Part shown: positions 10,801 through 21,200 of the stretch, one piece after another
Layout of the letters: each line of letters begins with the position of its first letter
How positions within the stretch are numbered: the stretch's first letter is position 1
Virus record (IMG/VR): IMGVR_UViG_3300032280_000787
Location: 1 to 50,342 of that record
Source: a virus
Lineage: Duplodnaviria; Caudoviricetes
DNA: 50,342 nt
Strand: one strand, 5' to 3'
Notes under the pieces: model-generated
The model's database searches: none
What the model saw: the letters and a program-made list of their open reading frames with translations, nothing else
What the model was told of the DNA's origin: nothing
Translations under genes and position numbers: made by a program

Positions 10801-12356
10801 AAACCGTTTATAACAACTTAACTGCGGCAATCACAGCGATAGATAGTGAATCTTTTGTAACTTATCCAAATGCTGCGAATAATGGTATTTTAATCGGGAT
10901 TCTATCTATTAGAAAGGATATTGCAGTTGACGGACAGGGTCTAAATAATCCATCTTATGCTAAATTCACATTCACATCTAAATTTGGTGAGGTATTGGGT
11001 GGAGCTGGAGGGATATCTACAACTACCCTACAGCAAGCATATGATAATTCAAGTACGCCTGAAATAATAACCGATAATGATAGAGGTGCGGTTACATTTA
11101 AAAGGGGGACTACTGGAGATAGCGATTTTGTATTAGAGATTCAAAACGGATCTGGTGTTAACACAATGACAGTGACTGGATCGGGTCACACGACAACAGA
11201 TACTTTAACTGTATCCAGTATCGGAGCTACCAGCGGTTCTACAAGATACGTTGTTGTTGATAATAACGGTAATACTTATTACCAAACAGGTGGCGCAAGT
11301 GGATCATCAGGTTCTAGCGGCTCAACAGGTTCTAGCGGAAGCTCCGGTACATCCGGTGTATCGGGGGCTTCTGGGACAAGTGGATCTTCAGGTTCTAGCG
11401 GATCTTCAGGAACGGATGGATCTTCAGGTTCTAGCGGATCTGCAGGAACAGATGGATCTTCAGGAACAGATGGATCTTCAGGTTCTAGTGGATCTTCAGG
11501 TTCTAGTGGTGTTTCCGGATCAAGTGGATCATCTGGATCAAGTGGATCTGCAGGAACAAATGGATCTGCTGGTACTAGTGGTATTTCTGGATCAAGTGGA
11601 TCTAGCGGTTTATCCGGTGTTAATGGCTCAACAGGTTCTAGCGGCTCAACAGGATCTTCAGGATCTTCAGGATCTAGTATAATTATAAATTCGGATACTG
11701 ATAACTACATTTTAACTGCAACAGGCACAGCAAATACCGTTCAGGGTGAATCTAATGCAACATTTGATGGACAGACTCTTGCGATTCGAACAAGTGGTAA
11801 CCCCAATATATCTTTAACCTCCAGCAATTCAACACAAGATCAGTTTATAAGATTCATCCCATCGGTTTCTGATAATTCTTTTTCTGTAGGTATCGATGAG
11901 AGTGATTCTGATATATTTAAGATCTCTTATGGTAATAATGCAACCCCTGGAACCAATGACAGAATAACAGTTAATTCATCAGGATTGGTCGGAATAGGTT
12001 TAAATTCAGCATCATCTAAATTACAAGTAGATGGGCAAATAACCGGATCGTACACCACTAAAGCTTCGGGTGATACAGCTATGGATTTGCATTTATTTAG
12101 GGTGGTTAAGAAAACTGCTGATACTGCTGCTAATCAAACCCTTACTACCACAGTACCCACAGCTGGTACCACTGCAACCCTGATTATTGTACAGACAGGG
12201 GTAACATCCAGAACAATTACTTTTGGTACTGGATTTAAGCCAGTCGGGACTTTGGCAACTGGTACTGTTGCTGACCGTCAATTTACTATACAATGGGTCT
12301 CCGACGGAATCAATTTTATTCAGGCCAGTCCGACAACTGATGCTACACCAACATAA
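7857..12356 (+). CDS. Large fibre-like structural protein (1499 aa) with Gly-Ser/Thr triplet repeat blocks
   Basis: Three (S/T-S-G)n blocks between globular segments; GLVGIG/KLQVDG fibre-type motifs near the C-terminus. Confidence 0.75.
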   Translation: MDFDRALIFPPKLLYGYTVFGSITVEESYNSTGNPYNGFPYRWQANINVSPQQHSNPNTPTPYIYDANDITEGMWIGQINGYTYKIVEIVSVAGSENLTAIVEDTDFLNLISSPEQTGNNAPYEDLPLVIFNLDDNGNPILNPIQSQSSQLPDYSYWVNDIESRFKFRNYYQKFFYISPGENPTGLTGGDPVYLAPDSTFIKVDSTSQDQVDKIFGYVSGGNLPLPGHLTVMPSGRYVTDLPGLTGATGDVLYLNTVSGTNNLTPTKPATGPAKPVYLKITDTTAILISSGGGSITSSGSSGSSGLNGSSGTSGSSGTSGSSGSRGSSGSSGTSGTGIDGNDSSNSGRWNYRNTTPPSSGNFSTDDSEMSLIKSVYVNREAANGADYSAWLSGVDDILNLGNPVYLQITKVGSNDIIGIWKVREIDSYGSYYRFRVDPPLVASGGFSTGTFTISWVYNGLNGGSGTSGSSGTSGSSGTSGSSGTSGFSGSSGSSGTSGSSGSSGITGPTGPGFNAVANYGANRILVSDNTATGATAQSDLTFDGSLLSLHGKGISDVNTIQFGTTGPTPSISGGMMFYDSSKESIAYYPKTGVNVEILLGRQLYTRVINNTGSTILKGAAVKIQSATGGIPEITMANAGATGNQQVVGLVADTILTGNEGFVINNGKLSDLNLSGFSIGDILYLSDGVTGGYVSTTDSLSYSSRTNQIGYVLDNGATSGVIYVSINNEDINLSLTDLQRNILEGNVISTGTYDFNGLTKISSTTFSVSPMEGWIVNNTGAFATTPEVTNIIYPGATGLSPLNLASADSTYVLVDATNTLVLQNTFPTPQERRQKIYLGKVVHPDHVSILNVNNTVDFDVSPVSMIRDIWTPIGLINQGIFPSANGSNLNFNTSAGTLWGNGIGWTTNQLNPDSVNISAKVAASFYYRTQTGGTGGLITTIDSTKYDVGGVITTIPGPAGSDDATNQRIYLYPTGVINVLYGQTVYNNLTAAITAIDSESFVTYPNAANNGILIGILSIRKDIAVDGQGLNNPSYAKFTFTSKFGEVLGGAGGISTTTLQQAYDNSSTPEIITDNDRGAVTFKRGTTGDSDFVLEIQNGSGVNTMTVTGSGHTTTDTLTVSSIGATSGSTRYVVVDNNGNTYYQTGGASGSSGSSGSTGSSGSSGTSGVSGASGTSGSSGSSGSSGTDGSSGSSGSAGTDGSSGTDGSSGSSGSSGSSGVSGSSGSSGSSGSAGTNGSAGTSGISGSSGSSGLSGVNGSTGSSGSTGSSGSSGSSIIINSDTDNYILTATGTANTVQGESNATFDGQTLAIRTSGNPNISLTSSNSTQDQFIRFIPSVSDNSFSVGIDESDSDIFKISYGNNATPGTNDRITVNSSGLVGIGLNSASSKLQVDGQITGSYTTKASGDTAMDLHLFRVVKKTADTAANQTLTTTVPTAGTTATLIIVQTGVTSRTITFGTGFKPVGTLATGTVADRQFTIQWVSDGINFIQASPTTDATPT
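9246..9314 (+). repeat. 18-bp tandem repeat TCAGGAACAAGTGGATCT (about 3.8 copies), coding SGTSGS
   Basis: Read directly; degenerate relatives at about 8746-8868 and 11290-11678. Confidence 0.9.
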
Positions 12357-12365
12357 TAATTCTAT

Positions 12366-12692
12366 ATGATAAATTACACGTTAAAGATACAATATGCTGA
12401 GTATTTTAAAATTAAGGGTTCTTTAAGTAACGTTATCTCTAAAATTAGATGGTATTACGTGGGAATTGACAGTGAAACCGGAATAGAGAAATCCATGGAT
12501 GGGGTAGCAGATTTACCCGATCCTGACCCCGCATCATTTATTACCATGGACCTTATAACAAAGGAAATAATTACAGCATGGATAGAGACCATTTTAGATC
12601 TTTCCTATCTTCAGGAAAGAATATTTTTCGATATTCAGCAAGAAATTAATTCTTTAAATATAGGGAGAATCCAATTTAATGAGGATAATTAA
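12366..12692 (+). CDS. Small fibre-associated (assembly chaperone-like) protein
   Basis: Directly follows the fibre gene; DPASFITMDLITKEIITAWIE resembles small proteins found after phage fibre genes. Confidence 0.55.
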   Translation: MINYTLKIQYAEYFKIKGSLSNVISKIRWYYVGIDSETGIEKSMDGVADLPDPDPASFITMDLITKEIITAWIETILDLSYLQERIFFDIQQEINSLNIGRIQFNEDN

Positions 12693-12702
12693 CATCTGAA
12701 TA

Positions 12703-12730
12703 GAAACATAAATCTTTCATTAATCTATAA
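12703..12730 (+). promoter_or_regulatory. Putative middle promoter GAAAC-N18-TANAA
   Basis: GAAAC 12703-12707, TATAA 12726-12730; same spacing at four other intergenic sites. Confidence 0.6.
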
Positions 12731-12744
12731 TTACAAAAAAATAA

Positions 12745-13020
12745 ATGGGAGAAACTATAAAATTACCAGATGATTTAGTACTAGAGGTACAATCTCTTAA
12801 GGATGAATTAATGGATAATGTGATTAAAGTTGGAAAACTAAGCGTTCAGAAATCTTTTTATGAAAAAGATCTTGAAATGATTAATGCACAGTTGGCAAAT
12901 CTACACGATCAAGCAGCTTTGATATACCAAAAAGAGGAGGAACTTCAAAAAAGGGTAACTTCTGAATACGGAAACGGAAAACTCGATTTTGAATCGGGAG
13001 TTTTCACTAAAAATTCTTAA
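12745..13020 (+). CDS. Small coiled-coil hypothetical protein
   Basis: 91 aa, heptad pattern, ends YGNGKLDFESGVF. Confidence 0.75.
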   Translation: MGETIKLPDDLVLEVQSLKDELMDNVIKVGKLSVQKSFYEKDLEMINAQLANLHDQAALIYQKEEELQKRVTSEYGNGKLDFESGVFTKNS

Positions 13021-13076
13021 TCTGAACATATAAAGCTCATTCTGTATTTGATACTATTCTTCCTTTATTTTTTAAG

Positions 13077-13084
13077 GATATATA
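13077..13084 (+). promoter_or_regulatory. Putative late promoter (RATATATA class)
   Basis: GATATATA 20 nt before ATG 13105. Confidence 0.6.
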
Positions 13085-13104
13085 GAGAAAGTACTTAAAA
13101 CAGA

Positions 13105-15594
13105 ATGAGCTTCTATTCGGAGAATAAATTTCCTAAAGACGGGTCCCCAGTCAGAAACACAAACGGGGAACAGTATAATCTATCTAATCAGAGATACAAT
13201 TATCACGATGGACTTCAGAATACTTCTAAAGTTAAGAATTCGTCCGTCAATAATCTTTTTTCCACAACAGGATCAGCCGAAGCTAGATCTAAACAAATAG
13301 GCTGTGGAGGTTATCATCAAGTTACTTTAGACGGAAAAACTTTCTATAAGCCGTGCGAAACAGAGGAGTACTATGATCTAAGGATAGAACAACTTGAAAG
13401 TGCACTAAACTTTACTTATATAGGTAATTACCGGGTTCTAACCTGGGATAAACCATTTGAATATGCAACTGCGTTCAATGGTTGGATAATCGATGCTTCC
13501 CATAGTAACAATACAGCATCCATTCTGAATGCCAATGATATTTCAATAGACTTTAGATATAGCATAGATGGTACAACTTGGTCATTATGGACTAACGTTG
13601 GTACTGCTTTAGGTGGATTGACAAACGAATATTCTGATCTTTTTAGTATTCCTTTAGATCCCAATAATAAGTTCTATCCTGAGTTTAGGTTTACGTCCGT
13701 CCTGGTAAATGGTGATGGTACTATAGTTTATAATACGGAAGAGCCGATAGATCCTTCCATAGTTATTGTAAACTTTGAGCTTGATTTGGTATACGAAGTA
13801 GCCCCTGAGGTAGTCATATATAGACCAGCTCCGATATGCACCGATGAGGTATCAACTAGACCTATACTCTTTTCTAATTGTAACTTTACTTTCAATCCTT
13901 ATGCTGTTAACAGGGCTTTAAATATGTACCAAGATTTAAGCCTAATGGTAAACAATGTATTTGGCTTAGAGGCCAATTATTATTCGGTACAGCCACAAGC
14001 GAGAGGAAAGGATGTGATACTTAAGGAGTACACCCTGTTTGATGTCGTTGACGAGAAATGTATGAAGGTACTTGTTCCACAAAACCAGTTCCCCGACAAT
14101 AAGATAAACTTCGATCCATTCGGGCTTCAATTCGAGGAACCTTTCGAAATACAAATAGATAAAAGGTACTTCGAATCTATCTTCGGAAGGGGATCACAGC
14201 CTAGGAAGAGAGACATTATTTATTTCCCGTTAACTAATAGGATTTATCAAATTAACTCGACATACCTGTTCAGAGACTTTATGAATGCTCCTGTTTACTT
14301 TAAGCTCGAGCTTAAAAAATACACTCCTAGGTCCAATACCTATTTCCAAGATCCAGCATACAAGGAGGAGCTTGATGGTATATCACTCACAACAAGTGAG
14401 CTATTTGGAGAGGAGGTTCAGTCTGAGGAACTTAAGAGTTCTAAACCACAACAATATGCTACAACAATAACTCAGATGTCACAGGATCCAATTAGATCTT
14501 ATGTTTATAAGGATCTTTCCATTATAGAATACGATTTAAACAACAACTGGACTATAGTTCTAAACAACTATTATGACCTATATCAAGCTTTCTCTGACGA
14601 TTCTGAATTTACTTATGATACCAGAAGATATAGAAACGCAGTTAGATATAAAGTGTTACCTAAATGTGATTCCACTACAGAGCTTTCTTACACGTGTTGG
14701 TTTACCTTAAAGAATTTCTACGATAATCAACAACTTGCTAGAAGGTCTTATCCTGTTATAAATCTCTCTCTAGAGTCATCAACTAACGAACTATTGTACT
14801 TTAACAGTTATCCAAGGAAGCACAATCTACAAGTGTGGGAATCATATGATAGTAACCCGGAGGGATATGTTGCAATCAAGGGAGATAAACTTCACTCTGG
14901 TGGATATGAGGTAAGACAAGTTATAGATGAATACAGATTTGCAGTCGATAATAATTCTACTGATTTTTCCGCTGGTACTATAATCTGGAAAATGCAGAAG
15001 GCTCAAAGCAGAAATTTAATTAGTGGTCTGTATCTTAATCAGTTAGAAAATATAGAAGGATTTAGAATTGATCTTATTCATTCTGGTGTTATGGATGAAT
15101 TAACGAATAATTTTTTAGGTGAGGGAAGTATAGTTATCAGGTTAAATGACACTATAATAAACTCTCCGCTTCAATTTGTTCCTGAGTTTGGAAATTGGTA
15201 CGGAGTGGTAGTTAACTTCTCTAATATTTACAAGCAGATATCTGCAAATATCTGGGAAATGACATATGATCCAACAGATCCAAATGATCAAACGAGTAAG
15301 CTTAAGAAGGTTCACGAGTCGGTTAGAATGTTTACTGATAATATAATTTTCAATGCTCCTTCAGATACCGTAACAGATACACTCAGTCCTTTCTATGAAA
15401 CTGATAATAATTCTTACAAGATATACACTGGTCCAATATGGCTAAGTAATGTTAGATTATTTAAGAATATGATAGATATAGATACGCAATCTACTGTATT
15501 AAATCAAAATATAGTTAGAGATGAACAGTTAGCCCATATTATTGATAACGCAAAACCACTTCTGAATATTCCGAAGTTTGCAAGAAACAGATAA
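13105..15594 (+). CDS. Neck/head-closure protein (T4 gp14-like core) with large N- and C-terminal extensions
   Basis: Central FGLQFEEPFEIQIDKRYFE...PRKRDIIYFPLTNRIYQI matches the gp14 pattern; upstream of terminase. Confidence 0.6.
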   Translation: MSFYSENKFPKDGSPVRNTNGEQYNLSNQRYNYHDGLQNTSKVKNSSVNNLFSTTGSAEARSKQIGCGGYHQVTLDGKTFYKPCETEEYYDLRIEQLESALNFTYIGNYRVLTWDKPFEYATAFNGWIIDASHSNNTASILNANDISIDFRYSIDGTTWSLWTNVGTALGGLTNEYSDLFSIPLDPNNKFYPEFRFTSVLVNGDGTIVYNTEEPIDPSIVIVNFELDLVYEVAPEVVIYRPAPICTDEVSTRPILFSNCNFTFNPYAVNRALNMYQDLSLMVNNVFGLEANYYSVQPQARGKDVILKEYTLFDVVDEKCMKVLVPQNQFPDNKINFDPFGLQFEEPFEIQIDKRYFESIFGRGSQPRKRDIIYFPLTNRIYQINSTYLFRDFMNAPVYFKLELKKYTPRSNTYFQDPAYKEELDGISLTTSELFGEEVQSEELKSSKPQQYATTITQMSQDPIRSYVYKDLSIIEYDLNNNWTIVLNNYYDLYQAFSDDSEFTYDTRRYRNAVRYKVLPKCDSTTELSYTCWFTLKNFYDNQQLARRSYPVINLSLESSTNELLYFNSYPRKHNLQVWESYDSNPEGYVAIKGDKLHSGGYEVRQVIDEYRFAVDNNSTDFSAGTIIWKMQKAQSRNLISGLYLNQLENIEGFRIDLIHSGVMDELTNNFLGEGSIVIRLNDTIINSPLQFVPEFGNWYGVVVNFSNIYKQISANIWEMTYDPTDPNDQTSKLKKVHESVRMFTDNIIFNAPSDTVTDTLSPFYETDNNSYKIYTGPIWLSNVRLFKNMIDIDTQSTVLNQNIVRDEQLAHIIDNAKPLLNIPKFARNR

Positions 15595-15597
15595 TTT

Positions 15598-16386
15598 ATG
15601 CCTAGAAGAAAACCGAAACCGGAGAAAGTTGTCGAGGAAAAAATAAAGGAAAGTCTCGATTCCATAATAATGCAAGAAGCTCTGGAAAATATACTTCCTG
15701 ATAACGACGAATTACCGAGATTAAAGACAACAGATTTAATGGATTTTTCTGGAGAGAAATCCACAGCAATGTCAGATGCTAAGGCTCTTCTAGATACAAT
15801 AACTAAATTCTACATGGACGAGACGAGCATGAATGAGGCCGGTCACGTAGAATTTAAAAAGAAGATAGATGCCATGAACCTATCTTCTATGATGTTCCAA
15901 TTAAAGTCTGCCCAACATGCAATAACTAAGATCCTTGAGGAGATTGATCTAGGAAACATGCACCCCAGACTTTTTGAAGTACTAGCACAGCTTCAATCTC
16001 AAATCATGCAGATGCCTAAAGACTACCAGGCTTATCTGGAGAAGATGGAGCAGAACTATAAGAAAACAAGGATTGAAGTTGACGAGAAGAAGCATTCACA
16101 GGGTATAGTGATGGATCAAAATTCAGGAGATGCTGGATTTTACGTTACTAATACAGCTGTTACACAGGATGGAGGTCTTAAATCTAGAGGAACTCGAGGA
16201 ATTATGGAGGGACTTAGAGACATCATAGGATCCGAGGTGGTTGACGTAAAACCCGAGGTGATTGATCCGAATGCTGTTGTGAATGCAAGACAGAAAAAAA
16301 TAATTGATTCTCAAAACCCTAACAATAAATCTGAATTTGAAGAACAAATTGATGATTTTTCTATCGAGGATGATATACTAGAATAA
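15598..16386 (+). CDS. Terminase small subunit (T4 gp16-like), putative
   Basis: HPRLFEVLAQL resembles the gp16 PRxYEV motif; stop overlaps the TerL start (TAATG). Confidence 0.65.
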   Translation: MPRRKPKPEKVVEEKIKESLDSIIMQEALENILPDNDELPRLKTTDLMDFSGEKSTAMSDAKALLDTITKFYMDETSMNEAGHVEFKKKIDAMNLSSMMFQLKSAQHAITKILEEIDLGNMHPRLFEVLAQLQSQIMQMPKDYQAYLEKMEQNYKKTRIEVDEKKHSQGIVMDQNSGDAGFYVTNTAVTQDGGLKSRGTRGIMEGLRDIIGSEVVDVKPEVIDPNAVVNARQKKIIDSQNPNNKSEFEEQIDDFSIEDDILE

Positions 16387-18206
16387 TGGAAACTGGAATA
16401 GAAAAAATTGGGCAGGTAGAAACAAACCATTGGTCTAGCTCCAGAGTCGAGGAGCTATTAAGAAAAGTCGACGAGGAAGGTCTAGATTATAAATCAGTAG
16501 ACAATCCATTTCACGACAACGATCCTGAATTAAAAAGATCCAACATTCTTTGGGAGTATACCAGGGAAGAAATCTTGGAGATGAAAAAATGTGCTGAGGA
16601 CGTCAGCTATTTTGCTAAGTATTGTAAGGTAATGACCGATACCGGTTTGGATTACATAAGATTAAGAGATTACCAAAGCTCGGTATTAAGAGAATATCAA
16701 AATCACAGATTTAATATATTCTTAGCACCTAGACAGGTTGGTAAATCAATCACTTCCTCAATTATATTAGTTTGGTACCTCTTATTCAATCACGATAAAA
16801 ATGCGATGATTCTTGCCAACGTTGGTGATACTGCGGAAGAGTTGATGGATAAGATCAAAGCTATTATCAAGGGGCTTCCTTTCTATATGAAACCCGGAAT
16901 GGTAGTTAACAACGTGATGACAATGAGATTTGATAACGGATGTAGAGTATTAGCTAAAACTACGACCAAAACTTCAGGTATCGGTTTTACTATCCACTTC
17001 CTATACATGGATGAGTTCGCTCACATTAATGCTAATTTTATCGAGGCTTTCTTTAGATCAACATACCCAACAGTATCTTCATCTAAAGTTTCCCGGATTA
17101 TCATCACCTCAACCCCGAATGGGATGAATAAATTCTACGAGATTTATCAGGGTGCATTAACAGGTGAAAATAGTTTTAATCCAATAAGGGTAGACTGGTG
17201 GCAGGTTCCTGGAAGGGATGATGAGTGGAAGAAGAGGGAGATAGGTAACTTGGGAAGTGAGGAGCTTTTCAATCAGGAATATGGTAACCAGTTTCTTAGT
17301 TCTTCCAGTCTTTTATTGGGATCTGATGAGCTTAGAAAAATAAGAAACAACGAGGTAGAATATCAATGGAGAGAAATATCGAATCTTCATTATGCTGATG
17401 TTAACTATGAAAATCTTATATGGCATCCTAAATTTGATTTGGATAAGGCAAATCTTCCGGGTAAGAAATTTGTTTTTTCTGTCGATCTTAGTAGTGGTGC
17501 TAAAGGAGATTTTACCGTCATAAACATATTTAAAGTTACACCTCTACCTAAAATCGTTATCGAAAAAATGGACGAGTACGAGGATGAAGCGGATTTCTTT
17601 GGACTGATACAGGTTGGTGTTTTTAGAGATAACGAGATCAAACTAGAGGACATCACAAAGCTTTTGCAGATACTTTGCTCTGAAGTTTTTGAAGTTGACC
17701 GGGTTAAGATTGCTTTAGAGATGAATTATAAAGGTGAATTGGTTTACGATAAGCTTTCACAAAGGGATGATTTTTATGACGAGATGTTTCTTTTTACGAA
17801 GCATACTGAATCTGCAAGAGTTCTAAAACCTGGAATAAAGTACAACGAAAAGAATAAAATGAAATATTGTGAGCTTCTTAGAAGCTTGATAAGAAAGGAT
17901 AGAATATTGGTCAATGATAAAAAATGGACTATTCCTGAGCTTTTTACTTTCGGTCTAAATAATTCGGGAACGTACTCGAGCCAGAGCGGGCACGATGATG
18001 TTGCCATGACACTGGTAAATCTTCCTGGTTTGTTCGATGGGTATGACTTTAATCAAATGGTAGGTGAGGTATTCGATGAAATGGAGGAGAGCTCCTACAA
18101 GGATCTGATTATCAAAAAACTCGAGTCTGGATTTGGTAATGACGAGGAGAAAGGTTACTCCACGAAGGACGGAAAAAGCTATGGTGATTTCAACAATCTA
18201 CTATAG
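16386..18206 (+). CDS. gp17: Terminase large subunit (T4 gp17-like)
   Basis: LRDYQ, Walker A APRQVGKS, Walker B LYMDEFAH, ITSTPNG, nuclease FSVDLS and HDDVAM. Confidence 0.96.
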   Translation: METGIEKIGQVETNHWSSSRVEELLRKVDEEGLDYKSVDNPFHDNDPELKRSNILWEYTREEILEMKKCAEDVSYFAKYCKVMTDTGLDYIRLRDYQSSVLREYQNHRFNIFLAPRQVGKSITSSIILVWYLLFNHDKNAMILANVGDTAEELMDKIKAIIKGLPFYMKPGMVVNNVMTMRFDNGCRVLAKTTTKTSGIGFTIHFLYMDEFAHINANFIEAFFRSTYPTVSSSKVSRIIITSTPNGMNKFYEIYQGALTGENSFNPIRVDWWQVPGRDDEWKKREIGNLGSEELFNQEYGNQFLSSSSLLLGSDELRKIRNNEVEYQWREISNLHYADVNYENLIWHPKFDLDKANLPGKKFVFSVDLSSGAKGDFTVINIFKVTPLPKIVIEKMDEYEDEADFFGLIQVGVFRDNEIKLEDITKLLQILCSEVFEVDRVKIALEMNYKGELVYDKLSQRDDFYDEMFLFTKHTESARVLKPGIKYNEKNKMKYCELLRSLIRKDRILVNDKKWTIPELFTFGLNNSGTYSSQSGHDDVAMTLVNLPGLFDGYDFNQMVGEVFDEMEESSYKDLIIKKLESGFGNDEEKGYSTKDGKSYGDFNNLL

Positions 18207-18250
18207 GAATGATATTTATCCAACCTCCCCAATAATTCCAATTTGTTTTT

Positions 18251-18258
18251 GATATATA
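18251..18258 (+). promoter_or_regulatory. Putative late promoter (RATATATA class)
   Basis: GATATATA 28 nt before the sheath ATG. Confidence 0.6.
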
Positions 18259-18286
18259 CTTTAGAAGTAAAAATATCTTTAATGTA

Positions 18287-21200
18287 ATGGCAAATAAGGT
18301 AAAAATAGACTATTCTCAGTTTAGAGCATCTGGAGTCTACACCCTAGAGTTTGATTCGTCCCAAAACGTAATCCTAACTTCACAGACAATTCGTCTAGTG
18401 GTAGGATTTTCTAATAAGGGACCTTTTAATACACCGGTTTATATCCCAGACGTAACTACTCTAATTTCTATTTTTGGTGACATCGATAGATCATTAGAAA
18501 ATAAGGGGTCTTTTTTCCAAAGATCTATATTAACATGTTTAAATGCAGGTCCAGTGTTTGCATTAAACCTATTGAGACTAAACGATGATACTGATTCAGC
18601 TAACCCTGATGAGGTTGATTACCAATCATACTCACTTGACACCGAAGAGTATAATGGTGTTGTAACTAGTAAACTTTACTCCTCCTACTATAATAAGGAG
18701 AGATTCTGGTTTGCTGATCCTAACTATTTCTTAGCTACACTTAGCGTGGCTGACCAGGGTAAATTATTTAGCTTGGTTAACTTGGGTAAATCCCCAATGA
18801 GTATTATAGTTAGAAAATCTACGGATTCTTCTAAACCTTTAAAGGGTTACGATATATTCGCAATAGACTGGTATGGAGCTAATAACGTTCCTACGTTCAT
18901 GCACCCGTTTGATTATATGTCTGACTATTTCATCGACGTTATAGCAGTATATGGGGACTGGACCAACTATCAGGCTTTATCTATAGATCCTCAATGGAGC
19001 ACTTACTTTACCGAGAATGGATTTATTAAGAGCAGAATAGACGATTTTCTTTCAAATCCAGACGTTTCTATAGTTACGTCTGTTACTGGATGTATCATAC
19101 CGGATTTCGTTGATTTAAATGGGGTTAATCAATACATACAGACCCTGATTAATAACGATACACCATCCACTGGTTTATTCTGTGCTATAGACGAACAAGC
19201 ATTTGATGATATCTGTGCTAATGGATCTAAAATAGATCTTGTTGGTAATCACCTTATTGACGAGCTAACTGGGGACAGCGATTTAGCTAGTCCTAGAATT
19301 AATTTCTTAAGTTACGATCAAGTTTTAGTTGCGGATTACCTGTATACTCAAAATGTAGTAGGGGTAACCGGAGCGACTGGATTCGTTAGCCCAACAGGAG
19401 CAAGCGTTTATACATCTGGTGCTAAAGTTGGTACCCTTTATACCTTAACTGGTACAACCGGAGCTACCGCGGGGGTTGTCTATCAATCTTTTGCACCGTA
19501 TGATCCGAATGCTTTTGATGGCGGCTTACACTATCTTCAGACATCGGGTACTGGTGGTACTGCTGGATATTTACAAACGGCTGCTCAGAAAAATGAGCTT
19601 AAGACATTCTTAACGGTAAGCTCTTCAAATGATCAGAAGTTTATCCTTGGTGTTGTATCGGGATATACTGGAGGTTTAACTGGAGGTTTAATAAATCAGT
19701 TTGCTGAGGGTGACTTAGTTAAATTAAAAGTTACTGGAACTAAAGACGTGTCTGGAGAATTAAGAATATTCTTTACCCACCCATTAGATACCGGATTCTA
19801 TAGATCTCAGGGTATTACAGTAACTCCTACTTACAACTTGACTTCTTATAACACAGGAGCATCTGGAAGTAATCAACCTTTCTACACTAATGCTTATCAA
19901 TTTGGTAATTCAGATTATGTTGATATCGTGAGTACAGCTACTCCTGAAGGGGTAACTGGACCTAACGCACCTCTTGGAGTTTCTAATGTGTTAGTTGGTT
20001 ATAATGCTTCTGCTTTATATCAAGATAATAAGTATGCTGAAATTTCTGATGGAGATCTAATATGGGTTAACAGCAGTGGATCGGCAGTACAATATCTAGG
20101 ATTTGAACAAACTGTTGACCGAGATCAATTTAACTTTGTTAACACAAGAGCATTTACCAACGTTTCTTTGGCTAATACCACAATAACAAATATAGCTGCA
20201 TTTGGTACGCCTTACGCATCAAATAACGTAGGCTTACCAGTAGCTACACAAAACACTGATATAGTTTCTCAGGAAGGATCAATAAACGAGTTCGTAGATT
20301 GTACAAGAATCGACGTAACAACTTTCTTAGTAACACAAGATGTTAATGGAAACGCTCCTTTCTCCGTTGGTGATTTGGTTGTTTCTACAGATCTTGATCT
20401 CTGTGAACCTTCTACTGGAAACAGACAAAATAGATTGGCTAAAATTACCACAGTTTCTGCTACAACTACAGCAGGAACATATAGAGTAACTTCAGCTAGA
20501 CCGGTTCTTTACTATACATCAGGATCAGGGGTTAGAGTTCAGAAATTTAAATCTATAGCTCAGTTTACAAGATCTTTCGATTTTACATATTTGAGTGGAT
20601 TCACAATGACCGACTGGCACAGACCTAACGGAAGTGATGCTAGAATATCAGAGATTCTTGATGTTATGTACAACACAAACATCGCTAAGACATTAGCAGC
20701 TAAGGATGTTATATCTTACCGATACATCATCGATACATTCTCTGGTCAGATTTTACCGAATACTAAATACCAGCTTTCTAGATTGGCTATGTTAAGACAA
20801 CAGGCATTGGCGATTATAAATGCTCCTTCTATGGCACAATTTAGAGCTAGCACTGATCCTAGATTTACTGATGCTCCTACTGCAGCTAATCCTTATCCAA
20901 GACTAAACACTGCATACATAGCAGATGGTGGTAACTTATCTTTGAACCCATCTTACACATTCAGTTTACCTAGTGAGGCTGATGGAGCTAAATATGCCGC
21001 ATTCTATTCTCCTTATATCACAGTAAGGGAAACAAACAGAAATGTTGATGTGCCACCTGCAGCTTACGTTTCTAATAACTTCCTTAGAAAATTTGCTAAC
21101 GGTGAGCCTTATGCTATCATCGCAGGTCAAAAAAGAGGAGTAATAAGCGGAGGAAACATAGTAGGAGTTGAATATGACTTTACTGAAGAAGACAGAGCAA

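Noticed and set aside
8746-11678. 9/18-bp repeats as CRISPR, iterons or DGR repeats
   Set aside because: Contiguous in-frame Ser/Gly/Thr coding repeats; no spacers, no reverse transcriptase and no adenine-specific template/variable pair seen
384-18206. Inteins or introns in helicase and terminase
   Set aside because: Normal lengths with contiguous motifs; no splice-junction or LAGLIDADG signatures seen
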